Source: an uncultured Eubacteriales bacterium
GTDB lineage: Bacteria; Bacillota; Clostridia; Christensenellales; Aristaeellaceae
Direction of reading: 5' to 3'
Assembly (NCBI GenBank): GCA_902777335.1
Contig: CACYTF010000008.1
Span: 378-64,377, forward strand
DNA: 64,000 bases
A program made the translations under genes and the position numbers. Within the stretch, counting starts at the first letter, position 1. The number at the start of each line of letters is the position of its first letter. Positions 30,998 through 40,800 of the stretch are shown here, piece after piece. A model generated the notes under the pieces. It worked only from the letters and a program-made list of their open reading frames with translations, was not told where the DNA came from and ran no database searches.

Positions 30998-31834
30998 TTA
31001 CTTGTTCTTCTTGGGACGGCTGATGATCAGCTTGTCCGAATACTTGCGATGCTTGCGGGTCTTGACGCCCTGCGTCTTCTTGCCCCACGGGGACATCGGA
31101 GCGGGCATGCCCACCGGGGAGCGGCCTTCGCCGCCGCCGTGGGGGTGGTCCACCGGATTCATGACCACGCCGCGGACGGTGGGACGGACGCCCATGTGGC
31201 GCTTGCGGCCGGCCTTGCCGATGCGGACGTTGCTGTGATCGGTGTTGCCGACCTGGCCGATGGTGGCGCGGGCCGTCATGGACACCTTGCGCACCTCGCC
31301 GGAGGGCAGGCGGATCTGGGCGTAGTCGCCCTCCTTCGCCATGACCTGGGCGGCGGTGCCGGCGGAGCGGACCATCTGGCCGCCGCGGCCGATCTTGATC
31401 TCAATGTTGTGCACCAGGGTGCCCAGCGGGATGTTGGCGATGGGCAGGCAGTTGCCCGGCTTGATGTCGGCGGTGGGGCCGGACATCACGGTGTCGCCCA
31501 CCTTCAGGCCCAGGGGGGCCAGGATGTAGCGCTTCTCGCCGTCGGCGTAGACCAGCAGGGCGATGAAGCAGGTGCGGTTGGGATCGTACTCGATCGCCTT
31601 CACGGTGGCGGGGATGCCGTCCTTCTGGCGCTTGAAGTCGATGATGCGGTACTTGCGACGCGCGCCGCCGCCCTGGTGGCGGACGGTGATCTTGCCCTGG
31701 TTGTTCCGGCCGGCCCTGTGGCGCAGGTCGGTGACCAGCGAGCGCTCGGGCGTCTTCTTGGTGACCTCTTCGAAGGTCAGAACCGACATGAAGCGCCGCG
31801 CGGGCGAAGTCGGCTTGTACACTCGAATTGCCAT
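30998..31834 (-). CDS. rplB: 50S ribosomal protein L2
   Basis: [26 protein letters not shown]...[20 protein letters not shown]. Confidence 0.97.
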   Translation of the reverse strand: MAIRVYKPTSPARRFMSVLTFEEVTKKTPERSLVTDLRHRAGRNNQGKITVRHQGGGARRKYRIIDFKRQKDGIPATVKAIEYDPNRTCFIALLVYADGEKRYILAPLGLKVGDTVMSGPTADIKPGNCLPIANIPLGTLVHNIEIKIGRGGQMVRSAGTAAQVMAKEGDYAQIRLPSGEVRKVSMTARATIGQVGNTDHSNVRIGKAGRKRHMGVRPTVRGVVMNPVDHPHGGGEGRSPVGMPAPMSPWGKKTQGVKTRKHRKYSDKLIISRPKKNK

Positions 31835-31935
31835 TTTACATTACTCCCTTTCCTTGATTGGCCCTTTTTCGGCGGGCCTTGCCATTGTGGAAACCCGCCT
31901 CAGCGGATTTCAAAGGGGTTGCCCCCGCGGAGGTT

Positions 31936-32241
31936 TTATTCCTCCTCGGCCATGCCCTCGAAGAACGGGATCGGCTTGGAATCCTTCTTCAGGGTGACGA
32001 TGGCCTTCTTGATCTCGGGGGTGCGGCCGGAGAAGCGGCCCTGGCGCTTGATCTTGCCGATCGTGCGCATGGTGTTCACGGATTCGACCTTCACGCCTTC
32101 GAAGATGGTCTCGAGGGCCTGCTTGATCTCAGTCTTGTTGGCGCCGACGGCCACCTGGAAGGTGTACTTCTTCTCGGCCATGTCGGCATAGGACTTCTCG
32201 GTCAGAACCGGCTTGATGATGATGTCATATGCGCTCTTCAT
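31936..32241 (-). CDS. rplW: 50S ribosomal protein L23
   Basis: [58 protein letters not shown]. Confidence 0.95.
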   Translation of the reverse strand: MKSAYDIIIKPVLTEKSYADMAEKKYTFQVAVGANKTEIKQALETIFEGVKVESVNTMRTIGKIKRQGRFSGRTPEIKKAIVTLKKDSKPIPFFEGMAEEE

Positions 32242-32870
32242 TCTGCATAAACCTCCTCAACCAGCTTCACGGCGTCCTGGGAAATGATGAACTTGTCGCA
32301 GTTCAGAATGTCCACAACGTTCAGGCTGCCCACGAAGGTGGTCTTGACGTCCTGGATGTTGCCGGCGGCGCGCACGACCATGGGCTCCACGTCCTTGGTC
32401 ACGATCAGCGCCTTCTTGTCCGCGCCCAGGGCCTTGAGCATCTTGACGACGTTCCTGGTCTTGGCTTCACTCTCGGACAGGGTGATGTTGTCCACCACGA
32501 TGATCTGCTGCTCGGCCGCCTTGCTGGACAGCGCGCTCTTCATCGCCAGCCTGCGCACCTTGCGGGGCACGCTGATGCGATAGTCGCGGGGCTTCGGCGC
32601 GAACACCACGCCGCCGTGGGTGAACTGGGGCGCCCTGCGGCCGTGATGGCGCGCGTTGCCGGTGCCCTTCTGGCGATAGATCTTACGGCCGCCGCCGCGC
32701 ACCTCGGTGCGGGTGAGGGCGGACTGGGTGCCCTGGCGCTGCGCGTTCATGTAGGCGCGCACCACGGCGTGCATCGCGCTGATGTGGGGCTCGACGCCGA
32801 AAACCTCGTCGGAAAGCGCGATCTCACCGACTGCGGCGCCCTGCATGTTGAAAACTTTCACGTTAGCCAT
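32238..32870 (-). CDS. rplD: 50S ribosomal protein L4
   Basis: [28 protein letters not shown]...[40 protein letters not shown]. Confidence 0.96.
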   Translation of the reverse strand: MANVKVFNMQGAAVGEIALSDEVFGVEPHISAMHAVVRAYMNAQRQGTQSALTRTEVRGGGRKIYRQKGTGNARHHGRRAPQFTHGGVVFAPKPRDYRISVPRKVRRLAMKSALSSKAAEQQIIVVDNITLSESEAKTRNVVKMLKALGADKKALIVTKDVEPMVVRAAGNIQDVKTTFVGSLNVVDILNCDKFIISQDAVKLVEEVYAE

Positions 32871-32885
32871 GTTTGCGTCCTCCTA

Positions 32886-33527
32886 TTAACCCTTGACCGC
32901 GTCGCGCACCATCACGAGGCTGCCGTTGGCACCGGGGATAGCGCCCTTGATCATGAGCAGGTTGCGCTCGGCGTCCACCTTGACGACCTCAAGGTTCTGC
33001 ACGGTGACGCGATCGCCGCCGTACTGGCCGGGCATGTGCTTGTTCTTGAACACGCGGGACGGGTCAGAGTTGGCGCCCATGGAGCCCACGCCGCGATGGT
33101 ACTTGGAACCGTGCGCCATGGGGCCGGTGTGCTGGTTCCAGCGCTGGATGACGCCGCTGTAGCCGTGACCCTTGCTGGTGCCCACGACGTCGATCTTGTC
33201 GCCTTCGGCGAAGACGTCGCACTTGATGGTATCGCCCACGCTGTAGCCGCTGATGTCCTCAAAGCGGAACTCGCGCAGGTGCCGGGCGGGCTTGACGCCG
33301 GCCTTGGCAAAGTGACCTTGCTCGGGCTTGTTGAGCAGTTTCTTGGCCCGCTGTTCGCTGAGCTCGTCGAAACCGACCTGTACCGCTTCGTAGCCGTCGG
33401 TCTTGGCGGTCTTCACCTGAGTGACGGTGCAGGGGCCCGCTTCGACGACGGTGACCGGCACCAGGCGACCGTCAGATACGAAAATCTGGGTCATGCCGAT
33501 CTTCTTGCCGAGAATTGCCTTTTTCAT
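32886..33527 (-). CDS. rplC: 50S ribosomal protein L3
   Basis: [40 protein letters not shown]...[16 protein letters not shown]. Confidence 0.96.
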   Translation of the reverse strand: MKKAILGKKIGMTQIFVSDGRLVPVTVVEAGPCTVTQVKTAKTDGYEAVQVGFDELSEQRAKKLLNKPEQGHFAKAGVKPARHLREFRFEDISGYSVGDTIKCDVFAEGDKIDVVGTSKGHGYSGVIQRWNQHTGPMAHGSKYHRGVGSMGANSDPSRVFKNKHMPGQYGGDRVTVQNLEVVKVDAERNLLMIKGAIPGANGSLVMVRDAVKG

Positions 33528-33700
33528 GATTACACCTCTTCTGATTGTTGTACAAACCGTGTGACAGTTTGCTCGGGGTTTCTCACGCCCCTATTGATAA
33601 GCCGCAAGCCTCGGGGCTTCCGCCGGACGATGTTCCCGGGGCTACGCAGGATGCCCCCGGTTCAGCGCGTCCGTCCACCCTTCGGAGTGAACCGTGTTCC

Positions 33701-34009
33701 TTACAGCTTGATCTCGATTTCAACACCCGCCGGCAGATCCAGCTTGGTCAGAGCGTCTACCGTCTGGGGGGTGGGCCGCAGGATGTCGATCAGGCGCTTG
33801 TGCGTCCTCATTTCGAACTGCTCGCGGGAATCCTTGTGCTTGTGGGGGGAGCGCAGTATGGTCACGATCTCCTTCTCGGTGGGCAGCGGGATCGGGCCGG
33901 ACACGCGGGAGCCGGTGCGCTTCGCGGTCTCGACGATGCGCGCCGCGCTCTGGTCGATGATGGAATGCTCATAGGCCTTGAGCTTGATGCGGATCTTCTG
34001 GTTTGCCAT
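33701..34009 (-). CDS. rpsJ: 30S ribosomal protein S10
   Basis: Start at [76 protein letters not shown]. Confidence 0.96.
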   Translation of the reverse strand: MANQKIRIKLKAYEHSIIDQSAARIVETAKRTGSRVSGPIPLPTEKEIVTILRSPHKHKDSREQFEMRTHKRLIDILRPTPQTVDALTKLDLPAGVEIEIKL

Positions 34010-34270
34010 GTTCTTTCCTCCTGTTGAACTCATGCACACGCTGCCGGGCGTGTTCTGTATTATTTTTCATTCGACGGGCATGAGCTCCGTCGTCCGATCG
34101 TCGGACATAGTCCCCGAAAATTACCGGCTGCGCGCTCCTCGCGCCTTGGCCTGCGCGATAAGCGCCCTGCCGCAACCTTTCGGTTCATCCCATTTTCCAC
34201 CGCGTGCGGTTTCGCCACCCGCGACTTCCCGGCAAAAATGCGCATGGGTAGCCCGGCACACAGCTTTATT

Positions 34271-34299
34271 ATTATAGACCATATGCCGGGCCAAGTCAA
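34271..34299 (-). promoter_or_regulatory. Strong sigma-A promoter of the S10 operon (TTGACT-17 nt-TATAAT)
   Basis: Minus strand: TTGACTtggcccggcatatggtcTATAAT (-35 at 34299-34294, -10 at 34276-34271), about 260 nt upstream of the rpsJ ATG. Confidence 0.65.
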
Positions 34300-34355
34300 A
34301 TATATTGTGTGATTTGAATGTTATTTTTCAGAGAAGTTCCGCCCCGCCACAAAAT

Positions 34356-34384
34356 CCTGTCAACAGGACCGTCCCGGTGACAGG
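34356..34384. repeat. REP family B, single unit
   Basis: CCTGTCAACAGGACCGTCCCGGTGACAGG (7-bp stem CCTGTCA/TGACAGG), about 60 nt downstream of the Big_2 gene stop. Confidence 0.85.
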
Positions 34385-34447
34385 TTTTGGAATACAATAC
34401 AGGGGCGGCCGATGGCCGCCCCTGGGGGTGATACTATGGGTTGTGGA

Positions 34448-36700
34448 TCACTTCTTGGCCTTGACGGTCACGGTGATCTTGACCGACTTCTTGCTGCCGT
34501 CCTTCGCCTTCACGGTGATGACAGCCTTGCCGGCCTTCTTGGCGGTCAGTTTGCCGTTCTTGTCAACGGCGACGATGGCGGGCTTGCTGCTGCTGTACGC
34601 CAGGTTCGTATTGAAGGCGTTGTCGGGCTTCACGGTCACAGACAGGGTCTGCTTCTCGCCCACGGTCATGGTCAGCTTCTTGGTGGCGGTGAGCTTCGTG
34701 ACCTTCTGCTGCTTCACGGTGATCTTGCAGCTCTTCTTGGTCGCGTTGCCGTCCTTGGTGGTGGCGGTGATGGTGACCTTGCCGGCCTTCTTGGCGGTCA
34801 CGAGGCCGTCCACGACGGTGGCGATGGACTTGTCGCTGGTCTTCCACTTGACGCTGACATCATCCTTGGTATCGGCATCGATCGCGCTCAACTGCAGGGT
34901 GCTGTCGCCGTCCTTGGTCAGCTTGATGGTGGCGGAGCTCTTGCTCAGAGCCAGGTTGATGGCCTTGCCGGTCACGTTCACGGTGGTGGTGGCGGTCTTC
35001 ACGGCGCCGCTGCTGTCCTCGACGGTCAGCGTGATGGTGGCGGTGCCCACGCCGGTCGCCCAGACAGTGCCGTCATCGACCATGGCCACGCCGAAGTCGC
35101 TGCTCGTCCACGTCGCTTCCTTGTACCAGGCGTCGGCGGGCTCGAGGTTCCACTCGATGTTCTCGCTGGTAGAGTTCTGAATGCCGTCGGTGGGCCGCAG
35201 ATAGTTCAGCGTGTAGGCCTTCTTGGGGATGGAGACACCGGTCGGATCCACGGCGGTGACGGTGACCTTGGCGGTGGCGACCACGGCGTCGCTGTACTTC
35301 ACGGTGATGGTGGCCTCGCCGGGCTTCTTTGCTCTGATTCCAACAGAATACTTGTTCTTGTCTTCGATCTTCACGACGGAAGGATCGGAGGAGGTGTAGG
35401 TCAACTCCTTGCTTTCATACGTGGCATTTTCCGGCTCAGCAGAGAAGTTCAGTTCCATCCAGCTGCTGTCCGCACACAGCTTGATCGCGTACTCGGATTC
35501 TTCAAAGGTCAGCTTCGTGGGCTTCGTTGCGGTGACGGTCACCTTGGCGGTGGCGACCACGGCGTCGCTGTACTTCACGGTGACGGTGGCCTCGCCGGGC
35601 TTCTTGGCCTCAACGCCCACAGAGGAGGTGCCCTTGCTGGTGATCTTCAGGATGGAAGCGTCGGAGACGGTGTAGGTCAGATCCTCCTTCTTGTACGCGG
35701 CGTTGTCCGGCTCCGCTAAGAAGTTAAGGGTCTTATAGGCGCTTTCGCCCATGTCGATCTCGTACGCGGCCTCGTCAAAGGCCAGGCTGGTGGGCTTGGC
35801 GGCGGTGACGGTCACCTTGGCGGTGGCAACCACGGCGTCGCTGTACTTCACGGTGACGGTGGCCTCGCCGGCCTTCAGGCCCTTGACCTTCACGGAACGG
35901 TCATACTTGTTGATGATCTTCAGGACGGAAGCGTCAGAGACGGCGAAGGTCAACTCGCTCTTCTTGACCTGAGCATTGGACGGCTCGGGAGAGAAGAACA
36001 GGGTCTGGGTATCCGATTCGCCCATGTCGATCTCGTACGCAGCCTCGTCAAAGGCCAGAGCGGTGGGCTTCGTGGCGGTGACGGTCACCTTGGTGGTGGC
36101 GACCACGGCGTCGCTGTACTTCACGGTGATGGTGGCCTCGCCGGGCTTTTTGCCCTGGACTTCCACATAAGAGGAGTCCTTCTCGGTGATCTTCACGACG
36201 GTAGGATCGGAGGAGGTATAGGTCAGCTCCTTCACCTTGAGGCTGGCGTTGGTCGGCTTCTTTGAGAAGGACAAACTCTGGTAGTTCCCCTGCTCGATCG
36301 TGTACTCCGCCTTCTTGAACTTCAGCTCCGTGGGCTCCACGGTGGTGACGTTGACGGTGGCGGTGGCGGTGGCCTGCGGATTGGCCTTGGCCGTCACGGT
36401 GATGGTCGCCGTGCCCTTGCCCTGAGCGTAAATCGAGCCATATTCGCTGATGGTCGCGACATCCTCATCGCTGGAGGTATACTCGAACTCATCGTCATCG
36501 AAATCCTGCTTGACATCCTTCTTGTAGACCTTCATGTAAGAGGTGATGTCGACACTGTTGCCGCTCGCTGTCATCGCGAAGCTGGAGGTGCTCAGCGTGA
36601 TCTTGTCGTAGACATTGGGCTCGGGCTGGGTGACCTTGACCGTGGCAGTGCCGGTCAGCTTGCCCCAGGTCGCGGTGACCTTGGTCTCGCCCACAGCCAA
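34448..36700 (-). CDS. Bacterial Ig-like (Big_2) repeat protein, apparently 5'-truncated (no signal peptide; open frame continues to 36862 without a start codon)
   Basis: 750-aa ORF made of about 9 Big_2-like modules (...V.SSDPSVVKI...G.V.AKKPGEATITVKYSDAVVATAKVTVTA...). The listed start is a TTG in mid-domain. The upstream in-frame stop lies inside REP-B at 36863-36865. Confidence 0.6.
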   Translation of the reverse strand: MAVGETKVTATWGKLTGTATVKVTQPEPNVYDKITLSTSSFAMTASGNSVDITSYMKVYKKDVKQDFDDDEFEYTSSDEDVATISEYGSIYAQGKGTATITVTAKANPQATATATVNVTTVEPTELKFKKAEYTIEQGNYQSLSFSKKPTNASLKVKELTYTSSDPTVVKITEKDSSYVEVQGKKPGEATITVKYSDAVVATTKVTVTATKPTALAFDEAAYEIDMGESDTQTLFFSPEPSNAQVKKSELTFAVSDASVLKIINKYDRSVKVKGLKAGEATVTVKYSDAVVATAKVTVTAAKPTSLAFDEAAYEIDMGESAYKTLNFLAEPDNAAYKKEDLTYTVSDASILKITSKGTSSVGVEAKKPGEATVTVKYSDAVVATAKVTVTATKPTKLTFEESEYAIKLCADSSWMELNFSAEPENATYESKELTYTSSDPSVVKIEDKNKYSVGIRAKKPGEATITVKYSDAVVATAKVTVTAVDPTGVSIPKKAYTLNYLRPTDGIQNSTSENIEWNLEPADAWYKEATWTSSDFGVAMVDDGTVWATGVGTATITLTVEDSSGAVKTATTTVNVTGKAINLALSKSSATIKLTKDGDSTLQLSAIDADTKDDVSVKWKTSDKSIATVVDGLVTAKKAGKVTITATTKDGNATKKSCKITVKQQKVTKLTATKKLTMTVGEKQTLSVTVKPDNAFNTNLAYSSSKPAIVAVDKNGKLTAKKAGKAVITVKAKDGSKKSVKITVTVKAKK

Positions 36701-36858
36701 CGCCGTCAGATAACCGTTCGCCTGGACGCGGACGATCGTGGGATCCGCGACGCTCCACTCCCAGTCGGCGCCAGTGTTGTAGTCGATCCAGTCGTCTACC
36801 TCGTCATCCCAGTAGCCACTGCTGCCATTGTCAAAAATTAACTCAATGTACGATTTTT

Positions 36859-36919
36859 CCTGTCACGGGGACGGTCCTGTTGTCAGAAAAACCTGACAAC
36901 AGGACCGTCCCCGTGACAG
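36859..36919. repeat. REP family B, inverted pair of units
   Basis: CCTGTCACGGGGACGGTCCTGTTGTCAG aaaaa CCTGACAACAGGACCGTCCCCGTGACAG, 12 nt downstream of the RAYT-2 stop. Confidence 0.9.
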
Positions 36920-36931
36920 CTTTTTCCCGCC

Positions 36932-37672
36932 TCAGGCATCCTGTATGACCCCGCGGTTGATGCCCGTCAGCCGCTCGATCTGCCTGACCGTCAGGCCGCG
37001 CGCCTTGAGCCATCGCAGGGCCGCGTCGCGTTCCTTCTTATTGAATTCCTGCAGCTGGGTGCCGCTGGTCAGCTTGTAGGTGTCGCAGATCAGTTTGCGC
37101 GCCTGGTCGTCGTGAATCCACTGCTTGTCCCGAATGTCCAGGCAGTTTTCCTCGCGCTCCCGCCGCATCCAGTCCGCGAAGCACTTCGGGCCCCCGATCA
37201 TCTCCAGCACGGGCGCGTTGTCGATGCCCTCCCCCGGCGACAGATACTCGCCGTAGCTGCTCCAGCGGTAATCCTCGGCCTTCGCGACGCCCGCCTTCTC
37301 CGGATTGCGGTGAATGTAGCGGACGACCGTCAGCAGGTACTCGTCGCTGTCCACCGCCTCGCTCATATACCGGTCCTGAAACAGGTGCCCGAACCGATCG
37401 TACTTGCGGTTGTAGTAGATGGCGTAGCTCCCGGCGATCTTCTTCATGATCAGGTCGAGCTGATCGCGCGCATCGTGGATCAGCAGGTGGACGTGGTTGT
37501 CCATCAGGCACCAGGCCACCAGATCAAAGCACAGCTCCTGACGGTACCTCAGCACCGTCGAAAGGAACCGCTCGTCGTCCTGCGCGTCTTCAAACAGGAT
37601 CTGCCTGCCGATGCCGCGCAGTATCACGTGGTAGTATCCGCTCTCGCACTTCTGACGCGCTGTTCTGGGCAT
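36932..37672 (-). CDS. RAYT-type (IS200-like Y1/HUH) transposase homologue with C-terminal HTH (second paralogue)
   Basis: Start at MPRTARQKCESGYYHVILRGIGRQILF...CLMDNHVHLLI (HUH)...GHLFQDRYMSEAV...VRYIHRNPEKAGV (Tyr box)...LTVRQIERLTGIN (HTH). RBS AGGGGG. Flanked on both sides by REP-B. The upstream part of the 307-aa track ORF runs through REP-B. Confidence 0.85.
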   Translation of the reverse strand: MPRTARQKCESGYYHVILRGIGRQILFEDAQDDERFLSTVLRYRQELCFDLVAWCLMDNHVHLLIHDARDQLDLIMKKIAGSYAIYYNRKYDRFGHLFQDRYMSEAVDSDEYLLTVVRYIHRNPEKAGVAKAEDYRWSSYGEYLSPGEGIDNAPVLEMIGGPKCFADWMRREREENCLDIRDKQWIHDDQARKLICDTYKLTSGTQLQEFNKKERDAALRWLKARGLTVRQIERLTGINRGVIQDA

Positions 37673-37720
37673 AAAATCATTCCCCCTTTCTTGAAATTCA
37701 GTATAGCATCGGTGGAAAAA

Positions 37721-37782
37721 GTTGTCAACAGGACCGTCCCGGTGACAGGAAAACCTGACAACAGGACCGTCCCGGTGACAGG
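37721..37782. repeat. REP family B, two direct units
   Basis: GTTGTCAACAGGACCGTCCCGGTGACAGG aaaa CCTGACAACAGGACCGTCCCGGTGACAGG, 48 nt upstream of the RAYT-2 start. Confidence 0.9.
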
Positions 37783-37853
37783 ATTTCATCTTCGGTTTAC
37801 AATGGCCCCGTATAATGCTATAATAAAAGTAGTCTACAGCCCGGGAGGCGCGC

Positions 37854-40800
37854 ATGTTTTCCAGATACAGCGTGAAAAAGCCCTACACCGTCATCGTGGG
37901 CGTCATACTGGTGATCGTGCTCGGGGTCATCTCCTTTCAGAAGATGACCACCGATCTGCTGCCCAGCATGGACCTGCCCTACGTGGTGGTGTTCACCAGC
38001 TATGTGGGGGCCACGCCTGAGCAGGTGGAGTCGGAGATCACCCGCCCGATGGAGGCCGCCTTCGCCACGCTGACGGACATGAAGAAGATCACCTCCTCCT
38101 CCCGGGACAATGTGTCCGTGGTGACGATGCAGTTCAACGACGGCGCGAACATGGACACCGCCCTGATCGAGATCTCGTCGCGGCTGGACCAGCTGCGGGG
38201 CGGCTGGGGCGACGAGATCGGCGCGCCGGTGACCATGAAGCTGAACCCGGATATGCTGCCGGTGGCGATACTCTCCGTCACCCGGGACGACATGGACATA
38301 CTCGCCCTGTCGGACTATGTGGAGGACAAGCTGGTCCCCGCCTTTGAATCGCTGAACGGCGTGGCCTCGGCCAGCGCCTCGGGCGTGATCCAGCAGCGCG
38401 TGGACATCACCATCGAGCAGAGCCGCATCGACGTGCTGAACAGCGCCATATTGGAGGACATCGACGCCGAGCTGGCCGAGGTCGAGCGCCAGCTGAACGA
38501 CGCCCAGGCCCAGCTCTCCGACGGCAAGAACGCCCTGGCCCGGGCGAAGCGGCAGGCCCTGAAGCAGATCGACGACGCCCTCGCGGCCATCGACCAGGGC
38601 AGCGGCCAGATCGCCCCGGCCATCGAGCAGCTGACCGCGCAGCGGGACCAGCTGATCGCCCAGCGGGACCAGGCGGAGGCCGCCCTCCAGGCGCTGGAGG
38701 GCCTGATGGGCATGGACGACACCCAGCGCGGCGCGCTCCTGATGATGCAGCAGGGCCTGGAGCTGCTGAAGGACCGGCTGACGGCCCTCGAGGCGCAGCT
38801 GGCCCGGGGCACGGACGCCGGCGACGCCGACGCTGACGCCCTGCGCGAACAGCTGATCGCCCAGCGGGACGCGCTGGCGAACCAGCTGGAGCAGCAGCGC
38901 GCCTACCTGAGCGACCTGGGGCTCATCAGCCCCGACGCGCTGCAGAAGGAGATCGACCGCCTGACCTCTGGCATCAAGGACAATGAGGGCGCGCTGGCCG
39001 ACGCCCGGGCGGAGCTTCAGCAATTGCAGGCCCAGCGCGACGCCGCCCAGGCCGCCATCGACGATCTCACCCGCCGCATCGCCGAGGCCGAAACCACCGC
39101 CGCACCATCAGAGAACGAGGCGCCGGCGGGGACGGAGGTGCCGGCTGTTACCGACGCGCCGGTGGAGACGGAGGCGCCTGCGGATGGGGAGACGACCTCT
39201 TCAGTCTCGCCTGACGGCGAGCCAGCTTCCCCTGAAGGGGAAGCCTCAGGAGAACCCCAAGAGCCTTCCCCCGTTGGGGAAGGTGCCGAGCGTAGCGAGG
39301 CGGAAGAGGTCTCCACTCCCGCTGAGCCTACGGACAAATCCTCTGAGGAGGAGACGACCTCTTCAGTCTCGCCTGACGGCGAGCCAGCTTCCCCTGAAGG
39401 GGAAGCCTCAGGAGAACCCCAAGAGCCTTCCCCTTCAGGGGAAGGTGGCAGCGCGCAAGCGCTGACGGAAGAGGTCTCCACTCCCGCTGAGCCTACGGAC
39501 AAATCCTCTGAGGAGGAGACGACCTCTTCAGTCTCGCCTGGCGGCGAGCCAGCTTCCCCTGAAGGGGAAGCCTCAGGAGACCCCGCTGACACGACCCAAG
39601 AACCCTCCCCAGATGGGAAGGCTGAAGACCCCGCCGACGCCACCCAAAAGCCTTCCCCCGTTGGGGAAGGTGCCGAGCGCAGCGAGGCGGAAGAGGTCTC
39701 CGCTCCCGCTGAAACGACGGCAGATACGACCGCGGATGAGGTCTCCCCTCCCGCCGAGCCAAAACTCGAAGCCCCCGCGGACGATGTCCCCTTGTCCGCC
39801 GAACCCACCGCCTCCCCCGATCCCGCCGACACATCCGAACCTTCCCCCGAACCCACCCTCGAACCCGAGGGCATGGCGCGGCGGCCCTTTGGCATGGCGG
39901 CCATGGCGGAGGAGGACGACGTGGAGGCGATGCGGGCGCAGCTGGACGAGGCGCGAAAGAACCTGGCCAGGCTGGCGGCGGACATCGCCGAGCAGTCGGA
40001 GCTGGTGGACGCGCTGGCCGCCGCCCTGGACGTGGACCGGGACACCCTCGAAAAGCGCCTGGCGGAGCTGGCGGCGCTGGGCGAGGACGAGGACGTGCGG
40101 AGCCGCTCCGAGGAGGCCCAGCGCGTCATCGACATGCTGGCCGAGCGCATCGTGAAGCTGGACGAGGAGCTGCGGCAGATCGACGCCGACAACGCGCCCG
40201 ATGCCCTGCGCCAGGCCATCGCGGTGCTCCGGGAGCAGATCAGCGACATCGAGGCCAGCGACGCCTACCAGGCCATGGCGCTGCTGAAGGACCCCGACGC
40301 CCTGAAGGCCCAGTATACCCAGGTCAAGGACGGCGTGGCGCAGCTGAACGACGGCATCGCCCAGATCGACGCGACGCTGGAGAAGCTGAACAAGGGCGTC
40401 ATTCCCGGCGGTTTCATCGACGGCATCGACGAGGACACCAACCTGGCGGACGCCCGCAGCGCCCTCACCGCCGCCCGCGCCAAGGCCGTCAGCGGCTTTG
40501 CCGACGCCGCCGCCCAGATCAGCGCGGGCGAGGCGGAGCTCAACAAGGCCCGCAAGGAATTCAACGACAAGCGCGAGGAGGCCCTCGAAAACGCCGGGCT
40601 GGACGGCGTGATCACCGTGCAGATGGTCTCCGGCCTGATCGGCGCGCAGAACTTCGCCATGCCCGCGGGCTACGTGTACGACGCAGACAGCGAGCAGGTG
40701 CTGGTGCGCGTGGGCGACAAGTTCGACAGCCTGGACGCGCTGCGGCGGATGAAGCTGTTCCACCTGGGGCTGGATTCCATACAGGACGTGCGCCTGCTGG

